Positions 1 to 9,436 of a stretch of DNA of 29,220 nt are shown here, piece by piece. The stretch spans positions 1 through 29,220 of the forward strand of contig JBEBBR010000055.1 of NCBI GenBank assembly GCA_041158285.1, given 5' to 3'. A program made the position numbers and the translations under genes. A model generated the notes under the pieces. The model was not told where the DNA came from and did no database searches. It saw nothing but the letters and a program-made list of their open reading frames with translations. Source of the DNA: Actinomycetota bacterium. Lineage in GTDB: Bacteria; Actinomycetota; Actinomycetes; S36-B12; UBA5976. Numbering within the stretch: position 1 is the stretch's first letter; every line of letters begins with the position of its first letter.

Positions 1-1072
1 CTGCAATGGATCGAATACGAACTGCATCAGTGATGAGTTCTGGATACTGAGGTCCCATTGACAAAATGGCTGCATCAATCAATTCACCCATGATTGGCTC
101 TTGGCAACCAAGTAAACGCATGTTACGAACAACACGACGCATGATGCGACGCAAGACATAACCGCGTCCTTCATTGCCCGGAAGTACACCATCAACAATG
201 AGGAATGCACAGGTTCGAGCATGGTCTGCAACAACACGAAGTGCGACATCGTGTTTTTCGTTCACACCGTATTTGACTGAAGACAATTCGCTGGCACGAT
301 CCAAAATGATTTTGGTTGTGTCAATTTCATAGATGTTGTCGACGCCCTGCAAAAGTGCAGCCATACGTTCGAGACCCATACCTGTGTCGATGTTCTTGGC
401 AGGCAGTTCTCCGAGGATTGGGTAATTTTCTTTACCTGGACCTTCGCCTCGCTCAAACTGCATGAAAACAAGGTTCCACACTTCGAGGTAACGATCTTCG
501 TCAACGACAGGTCCACCATCAAGTCCATGCTCTGGTCCACGGTCGTAGTAGATCTCGGAGCAAGGACCACATGGACCTGGCACACCCATTGACCAGAAAT
601 TGTCTGCCTGTCCACGTCGTTGGATACGTTCCATTGGAACACCAACTTGCTTGTTCCAGATTTCAGCAGACTCATCATCATCGTGATAAACAGTGACCCA
701 CAGTTTTTCTTCAGGGAAACCAAAGCCACCGTCTGCAACTGAAGATGTCAACAACTCCCAGGCATATGGGATTGCTTTTTCTTTGAAGTAATCTCCAAAC
801 GAAAAGTTTCCGCACATCTGGAAAAACGAAGCGTGGCGAGTGGTCTTTCCAACCTCTTCAATATCGAGGGTGCGAACACACTTCTGAACGCTGGTCGCAG
901 TGGCGTACGGAACAGCCGCTTCACCAAGGAAGTACGGCTTGAAGGGAACCATGCCGGCGTTAACAAAAAGCAGCGTTGGATCGTCAAGCAACAGCGAGGC
1001 GGAAGGAACGACCGTGTGGCCGTTTTTCTCGAAATACCCTAAAAACCGGCGACGAATTTCAGCGGACTCCAT
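1..1072 (-). CDS. alaS: Alanine--tRNA ligase, 5' part (runs off the left edge of the window)
   Basis: Manual translation from ATG at 1072 gives [48 protein letters not shown]...[18 protein letters not shown]...[10 protein letters not shown]...WNLVFMQ...[10 protein letters not shown]...[14 protein letters not shown], all AlaRS signatures. AGGAGG SD lies upstream. Not in the ORF track because there is no stop in the window. Confidence 0.98.
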   Translation of the reverse strand, partial: MESAEIRRRFLGYFEKNGHTVVPSASLLLDDPTLLFVNAGMVPFKPYFLGEAAVPYATATSVQKCVRTLDIEEVGKTTRHASFFQMCGNFSFGDYFKEKAIPYAWELLTSSVADGGFGFPEEKLWVTVYHDDDESAEIWNKQVGVPMERIQRRGQADNFWSMGVPGPCGPCSEIYYDRGPEHGLDGGPVVDEDRYLEVWNLVFMQFERGEGPGKENYPILGELPAKNIDTGMGLERMAALLQGVDNIYEIDTTKIILDRASELSSVKYGVNEKHDVALRVVADHARTCAFLIVDGVLPGNEGRGYVLRRIMRRVVRNMRLLGCQEPIMGELIDAAILSMGPQYPELITDAVRIRSIA

Positions 1073-1247
1073 TGGAGCCACCTCCTGCAGCTATTTGTTT
1101 GAGAATCCACGTTATTTTGTGGGCAAGCCACTCTTGGGTTTCGGCGATCGTCACGGCAAGGCCATCACGTGCAATTTTGTCGCTCAGCCGCTGGTAGCCA
1201 AATGCTCCAACCGCAACACCAAGGACAAAGCACAGCAAGCGCTTCAC
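1059..1247 (-). CDS. Small (62 aa) hypothetical protein with N-terminal hydrophobic anchor, directly upstream of alaS
   Basis: GTG start overlaps the rarA TGA (GTGA). Hydrophobic [15 protein letters not shown] segment. The 3' end overlaps the alaS start by 14 nt and its codons carry the alaS SD. Confidence 0.65.
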   Translation of the reverse strand: MKRLLCFVLGVAVGAFGYQRLSDKIARDGLAVTIAETQEWLAHKITWILKQIAAGGGSNGVR

Positions 1248-2605
1248 GATTTCTCCGAACTCTGAGGGCTATTTTCAGGAGGCGACCCTACCGATTGGCC
1301 TCGTAGAAGTGCGCGGAGATGCTCCACTACCCCAGCCCACCGAGCCTCAGCGCCGTGGGTTGTTGGGCTGTAATAAACAGAATCCGCCAAATCTCGAGGT
1401 AGGTAGGTGAACTCAGCGACTCCAGCCGGCAGGTCATGCGGATAGATATAGCCAGCACCGTGTCCGAGTTTGGTGGCCCCTGAGTAATGCGCATCACGTA
1501 AAGCAGACGGAATCTCACGACCGCGACCTGCAGCAACATCGCGACGGGCAAGTTCAATCGCAACAGTCACTGCGTTCGATTTTGGAGCAAGGCTGCAGTG
1601 AATAACCGCATGAGCGAGAGTCAGAGCCGCTTCGGGCATTCCGATCACACTCACCGCCTGGTGGGCAGCAAGAGCAGTTGTTAATGCAGTGTTGTCTGCA
1701 AGACCTATATCTTCTGAAGCCAAGATGATGAGTCGTCGCGCAATGAAGCGAGGGTCTTCACCCGCTTCGAGCATGCGTGCCAAATAATGCAAGGCAGCAT
1801 CCACATCTGAACCGCGCATACTTTTGATGAAGGCACTGATGACGTCGTAGTGCTGATCTCCATCTTTGTCGTAGCGAACTACGGCTCGCTGCGCTGCCTC
1901 TTCGACAACAGTTTCTGTGATCATGTTGTTGTGTTGTGCCGCTATACCGGCACTAGCTTCGAGCAAAGTTAAAGCGGAACGCGCATCTCCACCCGCGAAT
2001 CGCACCAATGCGCTGCGAGCTTCATCCTCGATTTCAAACAAACCCGCCAAACCATGTTTCGCTTCTAAAGCACGAGTGATGAGTTGCGAAACATCATCAT
2101 CATCCAGACTCGTCAATCTCACAATTACTGAACGCGACAAGAGCGGTGAATTAACGCTGAAGGATGGATTCTCCGTGGTGGCAGCAACCAAAGTCACCCA
2201 ACCGTTTTCGACCGCAGGCAGCAATGCATCTTGTTGTGTTTTATTGAAGCGATGCACTTCGTCAATAAACAGAACAGTGCCAACACCAGTCATCGATTGA
2301 TGATGGCGAGCCTGTTCAATTACTTCGCGAACATCTTTAACACCGGCATTAATTGCAGAGAGTTCAGCAAACTTTCTACCACCGGCTCCTGCGATCAGAT
2401 TGGCTAAAGTCGTTTTGCCAGTTCCAGGTGGTCCCCACAAAATGACACTGACCGCTGCGGTCGCATCTCCCTCAAGAAGCCTGCGAAGTGGCGCTCCTGC
2501 AGTGAGAACCGACTTCTGTCCGACAAGATCTTCAAGTGTGCGCGGACGCATTCGAACTGCAAGAGGCGCAGTCGAAGGTGGAAGATCTGAATCGAAAAGT
2601 GACAT
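1244..2605 (-). CDS. rarA: Replication-associated recombination protein A (RarA/MgsA AAA+ ATPase)
   Basis: PLAVRMRPRTLEDLVGQ, Walker A GPPGTGKTT, Walker B LFIDEVHRF, ATTENPSF, and C-terminal SAFIKSMRGSDVDAALHYLARM and ASEDIGLAD motifs. Confidence 0.95.
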   Translation of the reverse strand: MSLFDSDLPPSTAPLAVRMRPRTLEDLVGQKSVLTAGAPLRRLLEGDATAAVSVILWGPPGTGKTTLANLIAGAGGRKFAELSAINAGVKDVREVIEQARHHQSMTGVGTVLFIDEVHRFNKTQQDALLPAVENGWVTLVAATTENPSFSVNSPLLSRSVIVRLTSLDDDDVSQLITRALEAKHGLAGLFEIEDEARSALVRFAGGDARSALTLLEASAGIAAQHNNMITETVVEEAAQRAVVRYDKDGDQHYDVISAFIKSMRGSDVDAALHYLARMLEAGEDPRFIARRLIILASEDIGLADNTALTTALAAHQAVSVIGMPEAALTLAHAVIHCSLAPKSNAVTVAIELARRDVAAGRGREIPSALRDAHYSGATKLGHGAGYIYPHDLPAGVAEFTYLPRDLADSVYYSPTTHGAEARWAGVVEHLRALLRGQSVGSPPENSPQSSEKS

Positions 2606-2607
2606 GA

Positions 2608-4908
2608 CTATTTACTAACCCCAGTCGGCAATTCGGGAAGTGCTGGTGGTCGACCATCCCGAACTTTGTGAGCTGCCAGAGCCGCGGAGTGATAGTTCTC
2701 TAACTTTTTCTTCATTTCGCGTGTGGCATACATCGTGCCATCGACCAAAGGACCTTTACGGCCTTCAATAATCGCAGCGACATCTTCACCTGAAATGGTT
2801 TTGTGCGTTTCAAGAGCGTGAGTGACACTGAGGACTTCGTGACGGTTTGCAGCAAGAACTTTCTTTGCCCGCGCATAGAGTTCTTTCAAACGCTTTTCAA
2901 CCGCTTCGGCGATTTCACCTTCTGGTGACACACCTTGCACAAGTGGAGTGCCGCCTAAAACTAAACCGCTATTGACAACACTCGATGCATTGAAAGCTCT
3001 GAGAGTTGGACCCATTGCGTGACTCAACATGCCGCGTGTGATGAGCGACGTTGCTGCGGCCATGTCACCACCAACACCCTGGGTGTGATCACCTTCGTAG
3101 AAAAGCTGTTCACCCGCAAGAGATGCAATAAACGTCACAGCATCAACATCAACTTCAGATTTCCATTGAACAAATCTTTCATCAAGCGGAATCGGTGAAA
3201 CGAATCCACCAACATCACCACGGCGTTCGATGGTCGCGATATCGATCACACTGTTGTGCTGGAGTCGATACATGGTGACTGCATGGCACGCTTCGTGGAG
3301 TGCAACCGAATGACGTTCGCGATCCACATACGCGCCACCATCAGGAAGGCCGTGCTGCTTGAGTGACTTTGCCTTAATGACATCCGCATAGCTGACAACT
3401 TCGCGACCATCTCGAATCGCAATAACGAGCGCTTCATTCACCGTATCTTTGATGGTCGCACCAGTTGCATAAGGACTGATAGTTGCGAGACTTTCAATCT
3501 GCTCCGCCGTTAAATCATGCGTAATTTTTGCCAAGTAATTTTCGTACGTCTCAATGCGACCCGACTTCGATGGATAACCAACGCGATAAATACGATCGAT
3601 ACGACCTGGGCGCAACATTGCAGGGTCGAGCGAATCAGGCATATTGGTCGCCATCATCACCAGGATTCGATACTTCGGTGGCTGCTTTGGTCGCATGCCG
3701 AGCACGCGTCGGACAACGCGGTTGATAAATCCACGAGGTTTCTTGAGGCCGGACAATTCAGTGAGAAGTGCCTGCAACGTGCCATCCATGGAGCGGCCAC
3801 CCATGCCACCCATCATCACTTTGCGATCTTCATCTGCAAGGACCATGGAACTTGATTCGCTTACGTAGGAACGTCCATTACACATGTGATCGTGATTGAG
3901 TGAGATAGAAAATTCGTCATTGAGTTTTCGCAATTGTGAAACCTGACCACCGCGACTTCCCAAGGTATCGGCTTCGTCGAAGAAAACAATCACACCACCG
4001 TAACGCAGTGAGAGTTTGCGAAGTTTGCGAAATAGACCTTTAACCTTGAGGACACCGATGCCAAAAAACATGTTGACGAAAGCGCCCGGGTCTACGAAAA
4101 CGTAAGGGCGGCCGGTTTCACCAGCTACAGCTTCAGCCATCAAAGTTTTGCCGGTTCCTGGAGGTCCCCACAACAAAATTCCACCAGGGACGTGTCCTCC
4201 ACGACTTTCGATTGCATCAGGATTCTCGAGAAAGAGAATGTTTTCCTTAATGCGTTCTAGTACTGCATCCTGCCCCCACACATCACTGAATCGAGTCTTC
4301 ACATCGTCGGGCATGTAGACATCGATTCCTCCGCGAGAGAGGAACCAGAAAATCGCGACGAACTGAATGATCGCAATGAACATGTAGAAGACAATTTGTA
4401 ATGCAAAAGGCAGCGCCTGCACTGCTAGTTGAGGACCTCTAACAATTGTCTCGAATGGGGTCAGATTGAGAAATGAACCCACAATGGATGCGAGTGCATA
4501 AATCGCGAATGTCCACTTTGCAATTCGTGCAAGGCGGAATCGAGTCCATGGAGAGAATCGACGAGTTAAAGAGTCTGTTCGTATGAATGTGACATTCCAC
4601 AAGCGGTAATAGGTGGTGTTCCATTCAGCAATCAAAAAATGAATTTGGCGAATCGATTCCACCGCGATGAGTGCGACAAGAAAACGGCCAATTCCTGTGT
4701 GGGTGACGGCATAACCTGCATCACCCAAAGTTTGGAGTGGGTTGTCAATCAATGTTGCCCACAATTGCATCAGCCACAGACCTACCCACAGAGCAAGCAG
4801 TTTGATGCGATCAAAAGGTTCTAGAGGTTTGCGAGTAGTTCGATCCTCATCACGAATTCGAGAACCAGGCTGCTGCAAACCAGCCGTCAAATCATGGGGA
4901 TGAGACAT
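2608..4908 (-). CDS. FtsH-like membrane AAA+ ATPase with peptidase M41 domain (atypical paralogue)
   Basis: Several N-terminal hydrophobic segments. Walker A GPPGTGKT (4144-4167), pore motif FVNMFFG, Walker B IVFFDEAD, SRH ATNMPDSLDPAMLRPGRIDR, HExxH = HEACH (3283-3297), and downstream GVGGD matching the FtsH GASND third zinc ligand. Confidence 0.88.
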   Translation of the reverse strand: MSHPHDLTAGLQQPGSRIRDEDRTTRKPLEPFDRIKLLALWVGLWLMQLWATLIDNPLQTLGDAGYAVTHTGIGRFLVALIAVESIRQIHFLIAEWNTTYYRLWNVTFIRTDSLTRRFSPWTRFRLARIAKWTFAIYALASIVGSFLNLTPFETIVRGPQLAVQALPFALQIVFYMFIAIIQFVAIFWFLSRGGIDVYMPDDVKTRFSDVWGQDAVLERIKENILFLENPDAIESRGGHVPGGILLWGPPGTGKTLMAEAVAGETGRPYVFVDPGAFVNMFFGIGVLKVKGLFRKLRKLSLRYGGVIVFFDEADTLGSRGGQVSQLRKLNDEFSISLNHDHMCNGRSYVSESSSMVLADEDRKVMMGGMGGRSMDGTLQALLTELSGLKKPRGFINRVVRRVLGMRPKQPPKYRILVMMATNMPDSLDPAMLRPGRIDRIYRVGYPSKSGRIETYENYLAKITHDLTAEQIESLATISPYATGATIKDTVNEALVIAIRDGREVVSYADVIKAKSLKQHGLPDGGAYVDRERHSVALHEACHAVTMYRLQHNSVIDIATIERRGDVGGFVSPIPLDERFVQWKSEVDVDAVTFIASLAGEQLFYEGDHTQGVGGDMAAATSLITRGMLSHAMGPTLRAFNASSVVNSGLVLGGTPLVQGVSPEGEIAEAVEKRLKELYARAKKVLAANRHEVLSVTHALETHKTISGEDVAAIIEGRKGPLVDGTMYATREMKKKLENYHSAALAAHKVRDGRPPALPELPTGVSK

Positions 4909-5557
4909 TTGCAGGCTCCTTGAGAGTTATCGATTTGATAATGGTTTCGATTTCCGCCGAGTGAGTGGTAAAGCAGGTATCAGAACAACGTGCAATGAAA
5001 CTGATGAGTCGCGTTCTTGCGGGATTCAGTAGAGAGACAATGCGGAATGTTTGAGTCTTGCCATCAGCGTCCCAACTCAGAGTCTGCTGGAGGCCTTCAT
5101 AACCAGAAAATGAAAAGCGATCATTCGCTTTGACTTCGAGTCCATCACCATCAACTGCGTCTGAAACAGGCAATACAAGATCCTGCAAATCATTCTTGAT
5201 GTCTGCCGTCAATTGCGTCTTTTCGAGATCCAACAGATTTCGAACTGAAGCAATGACGACAGGTGACTCCACCACGTTGTTGGAGAGTGCTTGATTGACA
5301 GAAACAGAATCGGAGTAACGCCACACTTCAAACCACACGGTTGAGTCGAGAATTGCAGCTCCAGCCTCGGATTCACTCCAGCCTTCTTGAGCTTTGGCAA
5401 CTAGCCGATCGTCAACTTTGGACCAGTTTTGAGGAACGTTAAAAAACACTCCGCCAGCAGATGAACCAACATGATGAGCCGATGGAACAGAACAAGCCAC
5501 AAGAAGTACTGATGCAGCAATAGCAATCGCACTTCTTGTGGCTGTTCGAATAAACAT
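4892..5557 (-). CDS. Putative lipoprotein of unknown function (possible PsbP/Mog1/DcrB-like fold)
   Basis: Basic N-terminus, hydrophobic stretch and lipobox LVAC (Cys22). ATG overlaps the aspS TAA (TAATG) and the 3' end overlaps the FtsH-like gene by 17 nt. The fold guess rests only on FFNVPQNW near the N-terminus and the EIETIIKSITL terminal helix. Confidence 0.75.
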   Translation of the reverse strand: MFIRTATRSAIAIAASVLLVACSVPSAHHVGSSAGGVFFNVPQNWSKVDDRLVAKAQEGWSESEAGAAILDSTVWFEVWRYSDSVSVNQALSNNVVESPVVIASVRNLLDLEKTQLTADIKNDLQDLVLPVSDAVDGDGLEVKANDRFSFSGYEGLQQTLSWDADGKTQTFRIVSLLNPARTRLISFIARCSDTCFTTHSAEIETIIKSITLKEPANVSSP

Positions 5558-7332
5558 TATTTCTTGTCGGTTCCTTCGGCTTTTGCGTCAGCCTTCTTCT
5601 CTGGCTTCGCATCAACTCCAGCTTCACGACGTTGTTGAACGGTGATTGGGGTTGGTGCACCTGTCAAAGGATCGTGGCCACCACCGGTCTTAGGGAAGGC
5701 GATCACCTCGCGAAGGTTTGCAGCACCTGAAAGCAACATACAAATGCGGTCCCAACCAAAGGCAATTCCACCGTGAGGAGGAGGTCCGAATTTGAAGGCT
5801 TCTAACAAGAAGCCGAATTTCTCTTGTGCTTCTTCTTCAGAAAGTCCAAGAAGGTTAAAGACTCGAGCTTGAACGTCACCGCGGTGAATACGAATCGATC
5901 CACCACCAATTTCATTGCCGTTACACACGATGTCGTACGCCCAGGCAAGTGCTTGGTCTGGTGCAGATTCGAAATTGTCTACCCACTCACTGTTTGGTGA
6001 AGTGAATGGGTGATGGACTGCAGTCCAGCCAAGTGAACCATCTTCATTTTCGATTTGTTCAAACATTGGCGCATCAACAATCCACACGAAAGACCATTCG
6101 TTTTCGTCGATGAGGTCACAACGCTTTCCAACTTCTAGACGCGCTGCACCAAGAAGTGCCAATGCATCTGAACGCTTTCCAGCAGCGAAGAACACACAGT
6201 CACCTGGTTTTGCACCAGTTGCCTGAGCAAGTCCACCACGTTCGGCATCGCTGAGGTTCTTTGCAACCGGTCCACCAAGTTCGCCATCTTCAGCAATGGT
6301 GACATAAGCCAAACCACGAGCTCCACGCTGTTTCGCCCATTCCTGCCAGGCATCAAAGGTGCGGCGAGGCTGATCAGCGCCGCCAGGCATAACCACTGCA
6401 CCAACATGCTCGGCTTGGAACACACGGAATTCAGTAGCACTGAAGTATGAGGTGAGATCAACAAGTTCGAGACCGAATCGCAAATCCGGTTTGTCAGATC
6501 CGTAGAGGCGCATCGCTTCCATGTAGGTCATGCGTGGAATATCACCGATGGTGTGTCCGATGGTGCCAGACCACAATGAGCGAATGATCGCTTCGCCAAC
6601 TTCGAGAATGTCATCTTGTTCAACGAAGGACATTTCAATATCAAGCTGGGTGAATTCAGGTTGGCGGTCTGCACGGAAATCTTCATCACGGTAGCAACGC
6701 GCAATCTGGAAGTAACGCTCCATACCGGCAACCATCAACAATTGCTTGAACAACTGAGGACTTTGAGGAAGTGCGTACCAGCTACCTGGCTTTAAACGCA
6801 CTGGAACCAAGAAGTCACGCGCACCTTCAGGAGTTGAACGAGTCAAAGTTGGGGTTTCTATTTCAACGAATTCGCGATCGAGTAAAACATCGCGTGCAAG
6901 TTGATTTACTTTGCTGCGCATACGCAAAGCAGCAGCTGGACCTGAACGGCGCAGGTCGAGGTAACGCCACTTCAGGCGAGTCTCATCTCCCACTTCGATG
7001 TGATCATCGATGGGGAATGGCAATGGTGCAGATTCGCTGAGAACGACAACATCATCTGCCATGATCTCAATTGCGCCGGTTGCAAGTTCAGAGTTTTCGT
7101 TACCGTCAGGGCGCAGGCACACCTGTCCAGTCACAGTGACACAAAATTCTGAACGCAATTGATGTGCCACAGCTTCGTCACGAATGACGACCTGTACCAC
7201 ACCAGATGCGTCACGGAGATCGATGAAAGCAACACCACCATGATCGCGACGGCGAGCTACCCAGCCAGCCAATGTGACTGTTTGTCCTTCATGTGATGCG
7301 CGAAGGACTCCAGCGGAATGTGAACGTAACAC
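5557..7332 (-). CDS. aspS: Aspartate--tRNA ligase, probably non-discriminating (Asp/Asn)
   Basis: [47 protein letters not shown]-like [50 protein letters not shown]. Start reassigned from 7401 to GTG at 7332 (VLRSHSAG) because an AGGAG SD lies just upstream. Confidence 0.97.
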   Translation of the reverse strand: MLRSHSAGVLRASHEGQTVTLAGWVARRRDHGGVAFIDLRDASGVVQVVIRDEAVAHQLRSEFCVTVTGQVCLRPDGNENSELATGAIEIMADDVVVLSESAPLPFPIDDHIEVGDETRLKWRYLDLRRSGPAAALRMRSKVNQLARDVLLDREFVEIETPTLTRSTPEGARDFLVPVRLKPGSWYALPQSPQLFKQLLMVAGMERYFQIARCYRDEDFRADRQPEFTQLDIEMSFVEQDDILEVGEAIIRSLWSGTIGHTIGDIPRMTYMEAMRLYGSDKPDLRFGLELVDLTSYFSATEFRVFQAEHVGAVVMPGGADQPRRTFDAWQEWAKQRGARGLAYVTIAEDGELGGPVAKNLSDAERGGLAQATGAKPGDCVFFAAGKRSDALALLGAARLEVGKRCDLIDENEWSFVWIVDAPMFEQIENEDGSLGWTAVHHPFTSPNSEWVDNFESAPDQALAWAYDIVCNGNEIGGGSIRIHRGDVQARVFNLLGLSEEEAQEKFGFLLEAFKFGPPPHGGIAFGWDRICMLLSGAANLREVIAFPKTGGGHDPLTGAPTPITVQQRREAGVDAKPEKKADAKAEGTDKK

Positions 7333-7342
7333 GAGTGTTCTC

Positions 7343-8602
7343 CTATTTGAGGGTGGTGATAGTTGTGGCAATCTCAGAAAGTGCAGAGGTTGTCTGCTCA
7401 CCTGTGATCATGTTTTTGATGGTGCATTGTTGATTCTCTAAATCCTCATCACCAATAACGATGGTGAAACGAGCTCCAGATTTGTCAGCGGCTTTCATTG
7501 AACCCTTAAGTCCACGATCTCCGTAGGACATATCTGAGCGAATCTCGTTTGCGCGAAGGTCTGCAGAAAGTTTGACGACAAACTCCTTGGCAGGTTCACC
7601 AAGTGCAATCAGGTACACATCGCATCGAGAGAGATCCGCAATTGTGAGACCTTCTGCTTTGCAAGCGAGCAAAGTGCGATCGGTGCCAAGGCCGAATCCG
7701 ATTCCACTCAAAGCCTGCCCTCCAAGTTGGGCCATCAATCCGTCATAACGTCCACCGCCGCCGATACCGGACTGCGCACCAAGAAGATGATGTTCGAATT
7801 CGAATGTGGTGCGGGTGTAATAGTCGAGGCCGCGCACAAGTCTTGGAGCTTCTGACCACGTGACACCTTGAAGTTTCAAATACGTTCTAACGCGGTCGTA
7901 GTGATCTTTGCAATCGTCACATAAATGGTTGACTTGAAGTGGCGCATCAACGAGTTGCTTTTGAACTTCTTCGCGTTTGTCGTCAAGCACCCGAAGCGGA
8001 TTGATTGCAGCTCGCTGCATTGTTGCTTCATCAAGATTGAGTTTGGCTAAGAAGTTTTGCAACAACTCGCGATATGGCGCGCGACATGTGGCACATCCCA
8101 ATGAAGTGAGATGCAAGGTGAATTGCGTCAGACCCAATGCACGGAAACCTTCATCTGCAAGTGCAATGACTTCTGCATCAAGAGCTGGATCTTCAGAACC
8201 GATGGCTTCGATGCCCACTTGTTGAAGTTGACGGTATCGACCGGCCTGTGGGCGCTCCGCTCTAAAGAATGGTCCTGCGTACCAAAGTTTTACCGGCAAC
8301 TGTCCCCGATCCAGACCATGTTCAATCACAGCCCGCATCACACCTGCGGTGCCTTCAGGTCGAAGTGTGATCGAACGTTCCCCTCTGTCAGTAAAGCTGA
8401 ACATCTCTTTGCTAACCACATCGGTGGATTCACCCACTCCACGGACAAAAAGCGAAGTGTCTTCGTACACAGGAAGTTCGATGTAGCCGTAACCAGCATT
8501 CACGGCAGGTTTAGACAACTGGTGTCGAACCATGAGGAACTCCGCTGAATCAGGCGCGATGTAATCCGGCACACCCTTGGGAGCTTTGATGATGTCGCTC
8601 AT
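7343..8602 (-). CDS. hisS: Histidine--tRNA ligase
   Basis: [66 protein letters not shown]. Start reassigned to ATG 8602 ([10 protein letters not shown]), which overlaps the upstream TGA. Confidence 0.97.
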   Translation of the reverse strand: MSDIIKAPKGVPDYIAPDSAEFLMVRHQLSKPAVNAGYGYIELPVYEDTSLFVRGVGESTDVVSKEMFSFTDRGERSITLRPEGTAGVMRAVIEHGLDRGQLPVKLWYAGPFFRAERPQAGRYRQLQQVGIEAIGSEDPALDAEVIALADEGFRALGLTQFTLHLTSLGCATCRAPYRELLQNFLAKLNLDEATMQRAAINPLRVLDDKREEVQKQLVDAPLQVNHLCDDCKDHYDRVRTYLKLQGVTWSEAPRLVRGLDYYTRTTFEFEHHLLGAQSGIGGGGRYDGLMAQLGGQALSGIGFGLGTDRTLLACKAEGLTIADLSRCDVYLIALGEPAKEFVVKLSADLRANEIRSDMSYGDRGLKGSMKAADKSGARFTIVIGDEDLENQQCTIKNMITGEQTTSALSEIATTITTLK

Positions 8603-9285
8603 CAGTGTTGACCTAACTGTAGAAAATCTGAGCTGAGGTATTGATTGGTTCGTTTTTCGATGGCAATAGTTGTGTCTGGTCCATGACCGCAATGCACGAT
8701 AGTTTCGTCCGAAGCACCGAGAACAACTCGTTGGAGTGATTGCAGCATCGCAGCTGGGTCACCACCTGGAAGATCTGTTCGTCCGATGGAACCTTTGAAA
8801 AGTAAATCGCCACTGAACATCACAGGATTCGATTGATCCTGACTCGTAAAAGTCACCGATCCCCCGGTGTGTCCTGGGGCATGGGAAACCTTCAGCGAAA
8901 TTCCAGCAAGTTCCAAGACGAGTTCGTCGGATAAAAGTTGCACATCATCTGGCTCGACAAAACTTCCACCAACTGACGCAACCATTGCCTGCCCCTCTGG
9001 GGAAAGTCCAGCAAACGGATCAGACAGCAAATGGCGGTCAGCAGGATGGATAAAGGCCGGAATGTTGTAGCCGCTTGCCACTGGGTACACAGACCACATG
9101 TGATCGACATGGCCATGGGTTAACAACACGGCGACAGGTTTGAGTCGATGGAGTTCGATCAATTCGGCGAGAGGAGCGGAACTGTCCTTGCCAGGATCTA
9201 TGACAACACATTCTTGCCCTGCGCCAGCTGCGGCAACCCAACAATTGGTAGCCCAAGGACCAGCAGGAAAGCCGGCAATCAGCAT
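8602..9285 (-). CDS. MBL-fold metallo-hydrolase (glyoxalase II/YcbL-like)
   Basis: THGHVDH metal motif, [37 protein letters not shown]. This is the usual gene upstream of hisS in actinobacteria. Confidence 0.9.
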   Translation of the reverse strand: MLIAGFPAGPWATNCWVAAAGAGQECVVIDPGKDSSAPLAELIELHRLKPVAVLLTHGHVDHMWSVYPVASGYNIPAFIHPADRHLLSDPFAGLSPEGQAMVASVGGSFVEPDDVQLLSDELVLELAGISLKVSHAPGHTGGSVTFTSQDQSNPVMFSGDLLFKGSIGRTDLPGGDPAAMLQSLQRVVLGASDETIVHCGHGPDTTIAIEKRTNQYLSSDFLQLGQH

Positions 9286-9340
9286 GGCTAAACCCTTTCA
9301 GATAGACGGTCTGAACAGGAGATGACGGATGTCATGGAGC

Positions 9341-9346
9341 AGTGTA
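9341..9346 (-). promoter_or_regulatory. Candidate -10 element (TACACT) for the MBL-hisS-aspS...alaS unit
   Basis: Matches the actinobacterial TANNNT -10 consensus in the only sizeable gap upstream of this run. Motif match only. Confidence 0.4.
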
Positions 9347-9379
9347 GTCGGCAATTTAAGGCTCACGGGTCCTGCCTAA

Positions 9380-9385
9380 TAGAAT
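9380..9385 (+). promoter_or_regulatory. Candidate -10 element (TAGAAT) for the cyclophilin-DUF349 unit
   Basis: TANNNT match in the divergent intergenic region about 50 nt upstream of the ATG at 9437, which has a GGGAG SD. Confidence 0.4.
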
Positions 9386-9436
9386 GCTGCTCTTCATTTC
9401 CAGAGATTTATCCACGAGCCCACTAGGGAGCCAGCA

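Noticed and set aside
262-1042. ORF-track entries 262..738, 748..987 and 833..1042
   Set aside because: They are alternative-frame or antisense shadows of alaS, which occupies 1..1072.
7333-7401. Extended aspS N-terminus (MSRQPLHF...) in the ORF track
   Set aside because: It overlaps the hisS 3' end. The GTG at 7332 has an SD and gives the canonical AspRS start.
8603-8692. Extended hisS N-terminus in the ORF track
   Set aside because: It lies inside the MBL gene. ATG 8602 is coupled to the MBL stop and matches the usual HisRS start.
9408-9416. TTATCCACG resembling a DnaA box
   Set aside because: It is a single copy with one mismatch, with no cluster or AT-rich unwinding element, so it is expected by chance.
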